Source: Azolla caroliniana (taxonomy: Eukaryota > Plantae > Polypodiophyta). From it: DNA of 64,000 bases. The notes under the pieces were generated by a model. That model was given only the letters and a program-made list of their open reading frames with translations, was not told where the DNA came from and did no database searches. Both the position numbers and the translations under genes were made by a program. The stretch is taken from the NCBI GenBank assembly GCA_043228905.1, contig JBHGNT010000006.1:18972001-19036000 (forward strand), written 5' to 3'. This document shows, in pieces, positions 1 through 13,039 of the stretch. Position 1 is the stretch's first letter. Each line of letters starts with the position of its first letter.

Positions 1-1317
1 CATATACTTGGTTTTTCCTCTTTCTTCCCACAATGGGATATCTCCAACATGTTTTATTTGGTGAGTTGTGTCATCACCTGTTTGTACATAACCAGGAACC
101 TCTGGTTCTCTTAAACTCTCAAACCAATTTGCATGTCCAGTCATATGGTTAGATGCCCCCGAGTCTACATACCACGTAAACTCTTCATTACATTTCTGTG
201 AGCTTTCAGCCACTGCTGCTATCTCATGTTGCACTACAAAAACACCTTCCTTTTCACAATCTTCACTAGTAGAGGCATAGTTACTCTGTTGTCCTTTTCC
301 TCTTTTCTCATCATTTTGTTTCTTGTAACATTCAGCCTGTGTATGGCCTGGTTTACCACAATACCAGCAGCCATCATCATTTACATAAGTTTGCTTACCT
401 CTACCTCGGTTGCTCCCCCTGCCTCTGTTGTTGTTTCCTCCTCTATGAGCTTGTTGTCCTCTTCCTTGAAAGCCATTATTATTGGTTCTTCCTGAGCCAA
501 ATCTTCCATGGCCTCTTCCTCGGCCTCTTCCGGCATTATTATAGAGGGCTTGCCCCTCGTTCTCTGAGTTTCCTTTATTTGCATCATCCATCTGATTCCT
601 TTCCTCTACCACAAGCATTGAGACCAGATCTGAAAAACTTGGGATACTATCCCTTGTGAGCATAGAAGTTTTAAAACTCTTGTATTGAGGTCCTAAGCCT
701 CTTAAGCATATTTCCACTTTGTCATCATCTTCTGTCTTCACATTGATAGAAGCAAGTGATTCACATATACTCTTGATTTTTAGGGCATACTCATTTATTG
801 ACATCTTACCTTTTTCTAAGGTATTTAGCTCAGTCTTCAACTGTAGCTTTCTAGCTTTTGTGTTTACTGCAAACAGTTTTACCAAACTGTCCCAAGCTTC
901 TTTTGGGAGCATAGCATCCTGTATGTGCCCAAGCATCGAATCTGAGATGCTAAGTGAGAGCCAATGCATTACTTTCCTTGCCCCTTGATTCCAATCTTTA
1001 AATGCTTTAATATGTGCAGCTGTTGCATTCTCTTCTGGGATCTCTGGAGCCTCTTCTAGGTCTCCTTCAATGTAATCCCAGTATCCTTTCCCCATCAGAA
1101 AGTTTGTCATTCTGAATTTCCACGCCGGGAAATTGTTTTTATCTAATTTCTCTGTGACCATTTGGCCTACATTCTCTGCAGCCATTTTTTTTCTTCCAAA
1201 AAACCAGGGTTTTGCTTTAGTTACTTCAACAAGTAACTTTCTGATTTCTGATCAGCAACTAGAGAAATAACTTTCTCAGATTAAGGCACCGCTATACTCT
1301 TCCTTACGAGCTACTCT

Positions 1318-1329
1318 GCTCTGATACCA
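1318..1329 (-). promoter_or_regulatory. Primer-binding site, tRNA-iMet
   Basis: gctctgatacca = reverse complement of TGGTATCAGAGC, directly abutting the LTR edge tgttaag. Confidence 0.9.
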
Positions 1330-1621
1330 TGTTAAGAAAACGTGAAGAAGGCACTCAAGCTCTTCTTTTGTATGCGCGGCGGATCGTAGTGTGCTGGATC
1401 GTTAGCGTGCTCTAAACAGACAGAGAAAGGAAAGGGGACTTACCTCTGTAGTAGCAAAATGGTTTTCTTCCATTACATGTAGAGCTCAACTTGCTCTCGT
1501 CAGTCTTCTGGTCTCTCACTCTCTCTCAGAGTTCTCTACTCACTATTCTCTGTTTTTTCTTACTACTTACTTCCTATTCACTCTCACTTACTTTTACCTA
1601 AGTCATAAGTTATTACACATG

Positions 1622-1770
1622 CAGCTAATTAGCTGTCAGTCGCTAAATAGCTGTTCACTAGCTAATTAGCTGTCACTAGCTAAATAGCTGTTCAGTCGCT
1701 AATTAGCTGTCCATAGCTAAATAGCTGTTTTACCTTTTTGTTCACTAGTAGCTAAATAGCTACTATAGCT
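1622..1770. repeat. Array of short palindromic GCTAA(T/A)TAGC motifs inside the LTR
   Basis: About 7-8 copies of gctaattagc/gctaaatagc, mostly followed by tgt, spaced ~19-22 bp. Confidence 0.8.
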
Positions 1771-1794
1771 TATTTCTCATAAGCATCACATACC

Positions 1795-2880
1795 ATGTTG
1801 AGCTTGCTTCTCAACAATGTTGAGGACATTATTGATACAACAAGCAATGTGGTGCTTGATGATGAATATGTGCAAGATGAAATGGAAGATATGACAGAAA
1901 AAGTTGTTGATGGTGAAGTACCCACAAGGGAGTTGCAAGATGAAGAAGGTAACCTGGAAGTGATAGCTGGAGATTGGCTTTTGGAGATCATTGCGTGTAA
2001 GGAAGCATTGGTAAGTGCCAAGTTGCAGTATGAAGGTGTTCGTGCCAGATTTGTGTTTTGGATTTGCATTGAGTAGCAACAAAGTTATGTGGGCATCAAC
2101 TCTTCAACAACAATTTGATCAAGAGCCAAGAGAATTACTTGTAATGCATGATTGGAGTATCATGAACTTATCACCATCAAAGGATCCACCACAACTAATC
2201 AAATGTATAAAGGAGAAGGAATCATCTATCGACAATGGCAAGCAAGAAGAGGAAAGCATAACAATTGATGAATCTTCGTGGGATAGGGAAAACAAATCAT
2301 TCCACATGGTGTCTAAGGAGGAAGAAGAAGTCATTGAAGAGAAAAGCATTATCACCTTGGAGAAGATGATTTCAAGCTATATCCAAGGAGAAGAGCATCT
2401 AAGGTTTAGTTCTTTTCTTTCTGAGTTTCCAAAATTACTCATAAATGTCTATTCACAGATAAAAGGAGAAGATTGCTTCAAAGACCTTATCAAATTGAAG
2501 GTACCAATTGCCCAAACTCTTCAAGAATCTAAGGTTGTGCAAAAGAAAGATCATAAAGCATTGTTACACGAGAGTTTCATTTATCATATGGAGGATTTGA
2601 AGTGTATATCACCTATTGTTGTGGTTCCAAAGAACAAAAACGTCAACTTCCAACCCTTGAATGATTCAAGCAAATGAGATCAATTTTTGCTTTCTTTTCG
2701 AGATGACATTCTAGATGAAATGATCAAATATATAAAACAAGTTAGTGTGGAGAATGTCATGTGCCAAGAAGGAATTCACGTGGAATCAAATATCAAAGTA
2801 ATTCAAAAGGTGACAACTCCAACAAGTTTCAAAGCTTTGAAGGTATTTGTACAAAAGGTTCGCTCGCTCGAAAGATTTGG
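1795..2880 (+). pseudogene. Highly degenerate Ty3/Gypsy pol remnant
   Basis: ISPIVVVPKNK...FQPLND...DDILDEM and EGIHVES...PTSFKALKVF resemble the RT of the Gypsy at 53756-55909 (WLSPIVVVPKKN...DGVLDAV; EGIAVDP...PNNAKALSRF). Confidence 0.55.
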
Positions 2881-5800
2881 AGGCCATCACATAGGTTCTT
2901 CCAAAAGTGAGAGATAAATTGCGGTCCACGATCACTAATTATGTCGTTTGGAAGACCATGATGGTGAAATACTTCACGCATAATGATATCTGTTATTTCT
3001 TGACTACTGATGCTTTTTACGCAGGGTAGAAAATGTGCCATCTTGGTAAACCGATCCACTATGGTTAAAATAGCATCAAAACCTTGTGAAGGTGGTAGAT
3101 ATGTAATGAAATCCATAGTAATTGACTGCCATGGCTTGCTCGGAGTCGACAATGGTTGTAACAACCCATAAGGATGATGCCTAGGCATTTTAGCTCGACA
3201 ACATGTCACATGTGCGAACACAATCTTCAACAAATTGTTGTAAATGAGGCCACCAAAATGATCGCTTCACTAGCTCCATGGTCTTGGCAATACCAAAGTG
3301 TCTGGCCATACGGGCATCATGACACTGCTCCAACACTCGAAGGCGTGGTGATCCATCAGGGACATAAAGTAGATTCTTGTAGAAAAGTAAGTTACCTTGC
3401 CACTTGAACTCCTTATAGCGTCGAGATGTCCCTGTCAATGTGGAGCAAAATGCATGATTTGGACCAAGGTGGGTGAGGACATCCTTAGCAAAATCATCAG
3501 AGTTAAGTTGTTGTCGAATAGTATCAAGAAGACTTGAATCCAATGGCGTGGCACAAACTGTGGTTGCTTGTAGCTTTGTTGGACCAAGGAGAACTTGCTT
3601 TTGATTGTCGAAAGCTGGATCTCTAGGGCGAAGTGCCAAATATGAGCGTCGAGATAGAACATCAGCCTGCCCTTGTTGGTTCCCTGGGCAGAAAATGATC
3701 TTGAAATCAAAACGAGTTAAAAATTGTGCCCACCGAGCTTGTTGCCTATTTAGGAGTCGAGCCGTCTGAAAATATGTAAGATTTTTGTGGTCACTATAAA
3801 TGAAGATTTGATGAGGTGAACCTTCCAGGAAATGTCTCCATTGCGCAAAAGAGTCCACCACAACTAGTAACTCTTTGTCATGCACCTCGTAGTTGATCTC
3901 CGCAACATTAAACTTCCTTGAGTGAAACGCGACTAGATGTAAGTGCCCATCTTCACCTGGTTGTGATAGGATGCTCCCCAATGCAAAGTCGGATGCATCT
4001 GCCTCAATGATAAATGGCTTTTCTGGATCAACATGAGCTAAGACAGGAGCTGATGTGAATGCCTCTTTCAATTGAGTAAAGGCTTTGTCTGCTTCAGGAG
4101 TCCAAACAAATGTTCGATTTTTCTTGGTGAGTTGAGTAAGTAGCAATACAATCTTCGAATAATTCCATATGAATTTGCGGTAGAAGTTGGCAAATCCAAG
4201 GAAACACTGGACATCGCGAACGGAACTTGGAGTATGCCATTCCAATATTGTTTGAACTTTCGTTGGATCCATGAAGATACCTTTGGATGAAATGGTATAA
4301 CCCAAGAACTCAACTTCTTGCAATCAAAATTACACTTCTCTAGTTTGGCATAAAGACCATACTCTCTTAAGCGTTGGAGTACCTTCCAGACATGTATATC
4401 ATGCTCCGCTTGTGTTCTAGAGTAAATCAATAGTTCATCTAAATAGATGATAAGAAAGATATCTAGAAAATCTCAGAAAATGTCATTGGCCATATGTTGA
4501 AACACGGCAGGAGCATTTGTGAGCCCAAAAGGCATAACTGTATACTCGAAATGGCCATATCAAGTGCGAAATGCAGTCTTCCACTCGTCTCCCAGTTGAA
4601 TATGGACAAGATTATATGCACCCCTTAGATCAATCTTGGTAAAATGCTTTGCCCCACCAATGTGCTCTAAAAGACTGGAAATTAAAGGTAGAGCATACCT
4701 ATTTCTTATTGTCACTTTATTTAATCCCCGATAATCCACGACCAAACGAAGTGAGCCATCCTTTTTCTTCACGAAAAAGATAGGAGCACCAGTTGGAGAC
4801 TTTGAATGTCGAATAAATCCACTTGCAAGATTCTCGTCAATGTATGCTCGAAGAACCTCAAGCTCCGTTGGTGACAGATTGTAGATCGGACCCCATGGTG
4901 GCTCTTTTCCTGGTTGTAGATCAATGGGAAAATTGTATGGCCGATGCTTTGGAAGTACACTAGCTTTGACTTTGTCGAAGACATCAGCATATTCTTGGTA
5001 CTTTTTAGGAATGTAGACCTCTAACTTCCCGTGAGTGTCACTAGAAGGTGCAGCTGATATGGCAAATAAGAATAAATCTTCTTTTGCTCCTTCTTGGCAT
5101 AATTGTTCTAGGGTGATGGTTGAAATTTGATGAAGAGGAACAACATGTTTGGTAGAGGGTGAATTGGTAACACTATGTTTTTCAAGGGGAGGATCCTGGG
5201 TTCGACCCTTGACTACTATGTTTCCTTTTGAAGGGCACCTAATTTCTCGTCGTCTCCAATCAATTCTTGGGTTGTGTAGCTCGAACAATGGCAAACCAAG
5301 GACTATTGGATGCTCAGGGCTACGAATTATGTTAAAGGAGACCACACATCCTAAATCACCTAAGAGTATGTTTATCGGCTCAAAATCCTCGAATATCTTT
5401 CCAAAAGCTATGGGACGTCCATCAATCACTACTACGGAAATTGGGCAAGGAAGTTTATGCAAGGCTATTTGATGTTTTCGGGCAAAATCTCTATCCATGA
5501 AACAAGAATTGGCTCCGGTATCTAAGAGAGTTGGGACATGAAGTTGACAACTTGGTGTCCTAACTTGTAATTGGCTTGAGAAAACTCTACTAACATGCTT
5601 GGAAGAGATGGAACCCACACTAGGTTATACAGATCTAGGACTGTCCAACCAAACGACTCCGATTTTGGCCGGACTTATTCGTTTGACTCCTCTTCTAATT
5701 GGCTTAGGACCTCAAACTTATTGGATAGAGTTGGATTACTAGAAACACTAGTTGGCAAAGTTTCAACAATACTAGACTCATTTCTATTATCAATAATGCT

Positions 5801-6556
5801 AGACTCATTTCTATTATCATAGTTAATGTGATGTACCTGGCGTCTCGGTCTGTGTGGACAATGAATGGCAATATGTCTTGGACCTCCACAATATAAGCAT
5901 AGTCGATTTGCTCGACGACGTTGTTTCTCTTCATCTGATAAAGGTCCTCGTCGTCGGGTCATATCAATCTCCATCAGTGTCAGGCTATCCATTGGTGGTG
6001 GGCTACGTGCTTGCCGTGGAGTTGGGACGGGGCTATATTGTTGCCTTGGAGATTGTACTGTCACTGATGCATAAGTTGGTGTAAATCTTGATCTTGTTTG
6101 TTGTTGTTGTTGCTCGAACCGACACTCAAAAACCCAATTATCACACCGTATTGCTTGACTAATAGCTTTTGTAAGGGATTTTGGATCCTCAGGGAAGATA
6201 AGAAGTAAATCTTTTACATCTCCACGGAGGCCCGAATGAAACTGCTCCATTACAGCTTGTTCATCCCAAGGAATATCACTTGCAATGAGACGAAAATTGG
6301 TTGCATACATTGATGTTGGTTGATCCCCTTCTCGCAGTGTGAGAATCTTGTTGATTGTCGTTCTTACACTATCTGTGTCTCCGAAGCAAGCCTTAAACTC
6401 TTTGATAAATTCTTCAAAGTCGTTGAGTAGGGGCGAATTTGCTTCTAGCAATGGAGCAAACCATGACAATGTCGTGCCAGTCAATAAAGTGCCCACTAAC
6501 CCGACTCGAGATGAATCCATCGGATAACGCGTGGGATGCATCTGAATTACCAACTG
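2872..6556 (-). mobile_element. Tcn1-like chromovirus (Ty3/Gypsy) internal fragment: gag, protease, RT, RNase H, partial integrase; frameshifted, no LTRs
   Basis: Gag with CLYCGGPRHIAIHC zinc knuckle (5675-6553); LLDTGANSCF protease; RT FFVKKKDGSLRLVVDYRGLN; RNase H EADASDFALG; integrase WQSITMDFI/SDRGPQF; colinear with the copy at 47741-52144. Confidence 0.92.
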
Positions 6557-6619
6557 TAAAGAATCAATGGTGATTCTTGTGTAGTGGAATAGATGTGTGT
6601 TATGTGCGTATATGTGTGC

Positions 6620-6870
6620 TCAGGCATTTGTGTCATTCACCACATCTTGAAGGACACTGACATCTACGCATTGTTTGATGGTGGCCATTGCCTTCCTGTT
6701 GAGGAGTTTCCATTCAAACTCTAATACCCCCGTGTGTATTATTCTCTATCGATGGGCTCATACCTATCTTTCACGATGAGAAGATCCTCCATTTTGATCT
6801 AGATGTTTTAAAAACCATTGGGGTGACAAATGAATGTCTTTCCCTGATTTCTATATCGATTTTTTCCATG
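6620..6870 (-). pseudogene. Tnt1/Tork-like Copia gag fragment
   Basis: Minus strand translates as MEDLLIVKDRYEPIDRE*...EWKLLNRKAMATIKQCVDVSVLQDVVNDTNA. Confidence 0.6.
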
Positions 6871-7074
6871 GCGGCTCCTCGAGGCTCAACCATGTATGTT
6901 CGCGTCATGAACAGTTTATACACGAAAAAAATGTTAACAATAAACTATGTTTCGGTGCCCATGTATGTGGTTTCGGCTCTTTAAGTCCTATTACGAGGGC
7001 CTGAAGTGCACTTAGACCTAAATTCTAAACACGTATTATAGTCATATGTATCAACAATTTTGTATGGTCTTGGT

Positions 7075-7135
7075 CATATTTGAACTTGAGACCTCGAGAA
7101 CAAATGCATTAAACACTTGAGCTAACCAAATAGGT
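7075..7135 (-). other. tRNA-derived (SINE-head-like) remnant with A- and B-box
   Basis: Minus strand: TAGCTCAAGTGT (A-box-like) ... AGTTCAAAT (B-box-like); no complete cloverleaf. Confidence 0.35.
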
Positions 7136-7237
7136 TGCTCGTGTTGAATGTTTAATGTTTTATGCATATAAGAGATATGCGAGGCATTTGCTTAGATATG
7201 TTTTTTTAAAAGAAACATATATGTCAAGAGTCCTTAT

Positions 7238-7731
7238 TGTTGAGAAATAGCGCGGAATATAGCTCGGCCACAGCCGAGTAGTGAATCACTTCTATGAGAA
7301 TCAAACACAGAAATGGGAAGCGGAAAGAGTACATAGGATGTTTACGTGGAAAACCCTGAATGGGAAAAACCACGGGAGTCCACAGACTCCAACTATCACT
7401 ATAGGAGAAAGGAGGGTACAATAAGAGACTCGGAGGCAACGACCTCGAGCTCTATTTCTTCGCCAACCAACCGTTACAACAAAGCATTTCTCTGTATCTC
7501 ACTCTCTCTCTATACTACAATATGACAATAACAACACACACACAATGATTGCCCTAAGTCATATTTATACTTATATGAACTTAGGGCTATTTACAAATAT
7601 AGCCTCAATAGGATTACTCAAAACATATTTATAGATATGTCTTCTCTTCCGGTTCTCACCAGGTTTCCTCCGGTCTCCGGATCCTCTTTATTCATCACCG
7701 GATCCCATTCGGAGAGACCAATTTCCCAACA
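7238..7731 (-). mobile_element. Solo LTR (Tork-like Copia family of 36668-37258)
   Basis: TG...CA ends (tgttgag...cccaaca); perfect 5-bp TSD CTTAT (7233-7237 / 7732-7736); shares acgtggaaaaccc...gggaaaaaccac and ccggttctcacc motifs with the other family members. Confidence 0.88.
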
Positions 7732-7736
7732 CTTAT

Positions 7737-9226
7737 TTCCCCCTCATTTACCACAAACTATGTTAGTACGTTACCTAACCTCAAGTCTCATAATTACGAT
7801 GGCATACGCCAAAGTGCAACCTAATGGTCAAGCCAAATGAGCCCTCTTTTCATAGTAGGCCCACGTGGCCCATCACATGGTTACGTCATTACGAATGCCT
7901 TTCGTAGAAATGATCTCATGGTGGTATCGTATCCATGTAATGAGGGAGGGATGTTGGATATGTGTGTCCTAGGAGCGACCTCACATGAAGTGGGTCAAGC
8001 CCTACATTCTCACCATCTTGTGGCTATGATCGTTTCGTTACATAACGAAATCGAAGTGACCAACGAGGATGTCAACAAAAAAGATTGTTGAAAAAAGGGT
8101 GATGACTACACCATTCTCACAAAAATGTGAGGACGGACACCAAGATCCTTTCCCCGAAAAGGACAACATTTGATATGGAAATTACGTTATAACTAACATA
8201 CACATAATATATATTTATCACACATATACGATGAAATACGTATACACATGACCACATATGCGTATATTAAGAAAAATCGCAACATCAAATAGCCAAAATA
8301 TGATGAAATCGAGACGCGTGATCGAGGCATATAGCCTCTACGCACACGAAACATCCAAAAATAAGGGTTAATCATAATACGCAATTGAGGTATTGACCTC
8401 TTACACATACTACACCAAACACATATGATTTACTTAGAAATCGAGGTATTGACCTCATACGCAAGCGTAACATATGTATGTGAACGTAATACACAATTGA
8501 GGTATTAACCTCGTACGCATACGACACTAATCACATATTAAATATATGTCAAATGAGGTATTGACCTCATACACATATGTAAACGTTTTATACAACCAAT
8601 TAATTGCCACTACAACATCATTGAATCAATGAAAAAAATTACATATTAACCATATACATGACTACAAAAAATGGAAAAGAAAACATGAAAGAGTTACCGA
8701 AGTTCCTTTGTTGATCACTATCTGGATCAAGGTCGACTGCACGTCAATCGATCATCATCCATCAAGAACACAAAAACAAACAAAGGAAACATTAGAAACA
8801 TAAGCTCTGATACCAACAGTTAGAGTTATGGTCTAATGTAAGCATATGATAAGGATAAAAGATAGATAGATATAAAGGAGAGAGAGAAAGAAGGGTGCTG
8901 ATCCACCTGACTACCCCCGAGCGAAGGGATCGAGACGGACTCGAGCCTCGATTGGCGTCCCATACCACCGTCGTGGCGTTGGGTCGTACCTGGTGTTGGC
9001 GTATTCGCTACAAGAGTTGACCCACCACAATGTCAGAGTCTCGACGTAGTCAAAAGATATGATCCAATGAGTGTAGCTAGGCCTCATATTTATAGCGATA
9101 CCCAAGGCCCCTAGGCAGGTTCACACTTGGCCTAATGGGTTGTCTCAATCTCGAGGATTAAAAGTAATCCTCCCCTTCTTTAGACGCTCGTTTAACCCTC
9201 ACACTTATCCATGTGTATAGAATACT
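7737..9226 (-). mobile_element. LTR element fragment: 5' LTR (~8817-9226), tRNA-Met PBS (8804-8815) and non-coding interior
   Basis: gctctgatacca at 8804-8815; minus-strand TATAAATA near 9090; no recognisable ORF in 7740-8800; purine run GAGGGGGAAA (minus) near 7737-7746. Confidence 0.55.
8324..8575. repeat. 56-bp-period array of the hairpin motif GAGGT-ATTG-ACCTC
   Basis: Motif at 8387, 8443, 8499 (ATTA variant) and 8555, plus a degenerate copy at 8324. Confidence 0.85.
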
Positions 9227-12200
9227 ATGGTAAATTCGAAGCCTTGTCATAATCGGATTTTCTTCGAACATGTGTTCGAAGTGATCTCCATCTTCTACCT
9301 CTTGTTTGGCGGATTCTGGGTCGAGCGAAGTCGGAGTCAGAGTTGTCTCTGGTGCATACCAGGATGCGGACTCGTCGAAGACTACGTCTCGACTTACCCG
9401 AACCGCTCGGGTAGAAGGGTTGTAGCACTTGTATGCCTTCTTCTCGGACGAGTATCCTAAGAGGATACATTTCTCCGACTTCGCTTTGGGTTTCTGTCAG
9501 TTTTCGTTCGGGATGCGTACATTCGCAATCCTTCCGAACACTTTGAGGTGCGACAGGATCGACTTCTTTCCGACGAGGAGCTCATATGGAGTTAGCTCAT
9601 GCACTCCATTAGTGGTGCACCGGTTCATGAGATAGATGGCCGTGGATGCCACATCGGCCCAATAAAAGTTTAGCATGTGCTTCTCATGTATCATGGCCCA
9701 TACTACCTCGTGTATTTGCCGATTCTTCCTTTCGGCAACTCCATTTTGTTGGGGTGTGTGTCAGCATAAGAATTCTCTCTGAATGCCTTCACTTTGGAGG
9801 TAGGAGGTGAATTCATCGGAGAAGTACTCCTTGCCTCCATTTGATTGTAGGCATCAAATGTGCCGACCGGTTTCTTTTTCGACTTGGCCCTTGAACTTTT
9901 GGAAGTGGGAGAATACTTTGCTTTTCTTCTTCATCGGGAAGATCCACGCGTAGCGCGAGTAGTCGTCGATGAAGGTGATGTGGAATCGGCATCCACTGAT
10001 CATCGGCGTTTGAGCCAGTCCCCATACATCCGAATGTATGACGTCAAGGAATCCTTTGCTCGCGTAGTTCTCCATTGGGAATGGGAATTGATGTTGTTTG
10101 CCGATTTGGCATGCTTTGCATACAAGGTCGACTCATTTCGACTCAAATGCGGGAAGTTCGATGAAGACTCCCTTTGATTGCATTGCTCGAAGCCGTTGGA
10201 GGTTTATGTGGCCGATTCTTTTGTGCCACAACTCGATGCTTGTCTCGGTTTTGAGACCTTTGGCGTACATTGCCAATTTTACCTCGTTCGAATCGAGGAT
10301 GAACATTCGATCGTCTCTCCGTCCCTTGGGTATGAGTCGGCCATCTTTCTCGATGAAACAACCTTCGTTGTTGAAGCGGACTTGCATGCCTTGCTCCACG
10401 ATTTGGCCGACGGAAACCAAATTCTTCGATATTGTGGGCACGTGCAAGACATTCTTGATGCAAGTTTGCTCGTCTTCTTTCCCGAATGGGATATTGCCAA
10501 TGTGCCGAATGGGATGTGTGGTGTTGTCTCCCGTCTCTATGAAACCGGGTCGGTCCGGTGTTCGTAAGTCACGAAACCACTCTTGGTGTGACGTCATATG
10601 ATGTGAGGCGCCGGAATCGACAAACCACACGTCTTCTGAATTGGAGGTGCTTGTGGAGTCGGAGGCTGACATAGAGTTCACTCTATGCCTCATTACGAAT
10701 AGTCTTCCGTAATCATCGTATTCGAAGTTGGTGGCGTAATTCATGAGTTGTTGACTTGTCGAAGCCGACTCGCTTCTTCTTTTTCGGCACTCCTCCTCGC
10801 GGTGGCCGATTTTTCTGCAATAGTTGCAAGTTGTGGGCCTCATTTGCCAACCTTGTTTGGCATGGAAGCTCCCCCTTCTTCCGAAGGTTCTTTGATGGCT
10901 TCCGTGAAGGTTTGAGTTCCCTTCGTGTGATGGGCCGAATTGACCTCTTCTACTGCTGTGACCTCGTCCTCGGCCACCGTTCGAACTTGAAAAGAACATT
11001 TGTCCTTCCGACGTCTTCGTCTTGGTTCGGACGCGGTTCTCTTCGACCAATAACATTGATTGGAGGTAGAAGAATGAAGGAGGGTTTTCAAATCGTTGTA
11101 CGAGGTTGCCCAAGCATACTTGAACCATCTCGTCTTCATCGACATTTATGTTGATGGAGCCAAGCGAGTCACAAATGCTCTTGATTTTGGCGGTGTAGTC
11201 TGACACAGACATATCTTTTTGCCGAATGTTGTTCAACTCTTATCGGAGTTAAAGTTTTCGGGCGGTCGTGTTGGCAGCAAACATTTTCTTTAAGTTCGCC
11301 CACACTTCTTTAGGCGTCTTGCCATCTCAAATGTGGCTAAGTATGTAGTCTTGGACACATGTTGCCAAGAAATACATGACTCGACTCATTGCTTGCTATC
11401 ATGTTGAGTAGTCGACGTTCTTTGGGTCGGGTCGATTTTCTTGTGCGCCGTTGATGTAGCTCCAATACCCTTGGCTGATGAGGTATTGGATCATCTTGTA
11501 CTCCCAAGATGAATAATTGCTCCGGTCTAGCTTTTCGTGATAGAAAAAAAACGATTTCCTAAGCTATGCTCGGCCACAACCGAGATGTCGGATCAAGCAC
11601 AGAAAACAGGGATGTGGTGAGATGTATCTACACACAAAACAGTAAAGAAGAGAGTGCACTAGATGTTAACGTGGAAAACCCAAATCTGGGAAAAAACCAC
11701 AGCAGCCCTCAGACTGCAAAATATCACTATATCAAGATTACAACAATGGGGCACAGAGGCAACGACCTCTTGCTCCCTTGCTTCGCCACCAAGCGGTTAC
11801 AACAGAGGCACAATCTCTGTATATCCCTCTCTCTCTCTCTTTTTTATGCACTGTACAGAAGTTACACCAATAACTCTATCATCATACCTATTAAGTTTGC
11901 CCTAGGTCATATTTATACTAATATGACTTTCGGGCTATTTACAAATATAGCCCCAGTGGGATCTTTGGAACATATTTACATATATGTCTCTTCATCCGGT
12001 GAGAGGTTCTCACCGGGCCTGCAAAATCCGGTTCTCATTGGGTCCTCCTTGCCGGGTACTCCACATCCGGTTCTCACCGGGTCTTCCGTTGCCGGGTACT
12101 CCACATCCGGTTCTCACCGGGTCTTCCGCTGCCGGGTACTCCACATCCGGTTCCAGCCTCGGCCGAGTTGCTCATCAACACTATTCTTCTCACTTCCCAT

Positions 12201-12430
12201 TCGGAGGGACCTGTTTCCTAACATTTCGTTAGGGAGCGAGCTACCCATTTGTGTGTTCATTTTGATGTAGTGTCTTCCTTTTTTTATTTCCTTCCCTTGA
12301 TCATGTACTCATGCTACATAGCGGCATTACGGTAGCGGATAGCCTGAATTTGTCGTCGGCGTTTCGAACACACAATTACGAAGAGTCGAGTGGGCTTAGT
12401 GGATTTTCTAAACCACGCGCTCTGATACCA
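9227..12430 (-). mobile_element. Ty1/Copia element (PBS, gag, protease, integrase; RT missing), disrupted; 5' LTR begins at 12431
   Basis: PBS gctctgatacca 12419-12430; gag ATG 12248 MGSSLPNEKLDRSNYSSWEYKM (rejoined across the solo LTR); CNYCRKIGHREEEC; WFVDSGASHHMT; LWHKRIGH; IHSDVWG; FIDDYSRYAW. Confidence 0.9.
11538..12223 (-). mobile_element. Solo LTR (Tork-like family) inserted in Copia gag; contains a ~40-bp tandem repeat (~12025-12152)
   Basis: tgatag...cctaaca with perfect TSD TTTCG (11533-11537 / 12224-12228); removing it restores the gag frame. Confidence 0.9.
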
Positions 12431-13039
12431 TGTTAAGAATTAGGTAATTAACTACAGGTTAATTAGTACCTAATTATGTGATTAAGCTAAGCAAAAGATT
12501 AAGTGATATGTGTGTGAGAGAAAGAGAGAGAGGAAGTTAACACTATGAACAACACAAGATGGGGGATGATTAACTCTATATTAAATTAGCATTATCATCA
12601 TCAAATACAAAAATACCCACAATGAGGTATATATACAACTCATATGCAATGGTGCACATCTGTTATAGTGATTCTCTGTTACTCATGGTTTTTCCCTGTT
12701 TATGGTTTCCACGGAAAATCTTGTGTACTATGTGTATTCTCTATATATTCATGTTTCTTCCACGTCGTACAAAATTTCCGTCTATTGTTTCTCATAGATC
12801 TACGATTCGAATCTCAACAAAATGGCCTCATTTACAGAGGAATCTAGTGATGCATCATGATGCATGGTGCATTGCATCTTCCAAACCATTTTTCCATATC
12901 TTGCATCTAACCAGAACACAAATTTTGCTTTTATGTGTCTTTTGGATCTTTTTTCTTGCTTTGAATGCAATTTTAGGATGTCGATGTGAGGGGATGTTTT
13001 GAACTTTAAGCATGCATAGGGACCATATTCTTGTAATCG

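Larger units (their letters stand above)
1..1790 (-). mobile_element. Ty1/Copia LTR retrotransposon, 5' part (5' LTR, PBS, degenerate gag-protease); continues beyond window start
   Basis: Minus strand from ATG at 1185 reads MAAENVGQMVTEKLDKNNFPAWKFRMTNFLMGKGYWDYIEG (Copia gag N-terminus); protease motif WYVDSGASNHMTG at ~140-180; PBS TGGTATCAGAGC at 1318-1329; LTR from 1330 to about 1790 (outer edge uncertain). Confidence 0.85.

Noticed and set aside
7075-7135. Functional tRNA gene
   Set aside because: Only degenerate A/B-box-like words; no acceptor stem or anticodon arm.
8324-8575. CRISPR-like array (palindromic repeats with regular spacers)
   Set aside because: Eukaryotic TE context, no cas genes, a 14-bp repeat, and alternate spacers are homologous to each other; it is a diverged tandem repeat.
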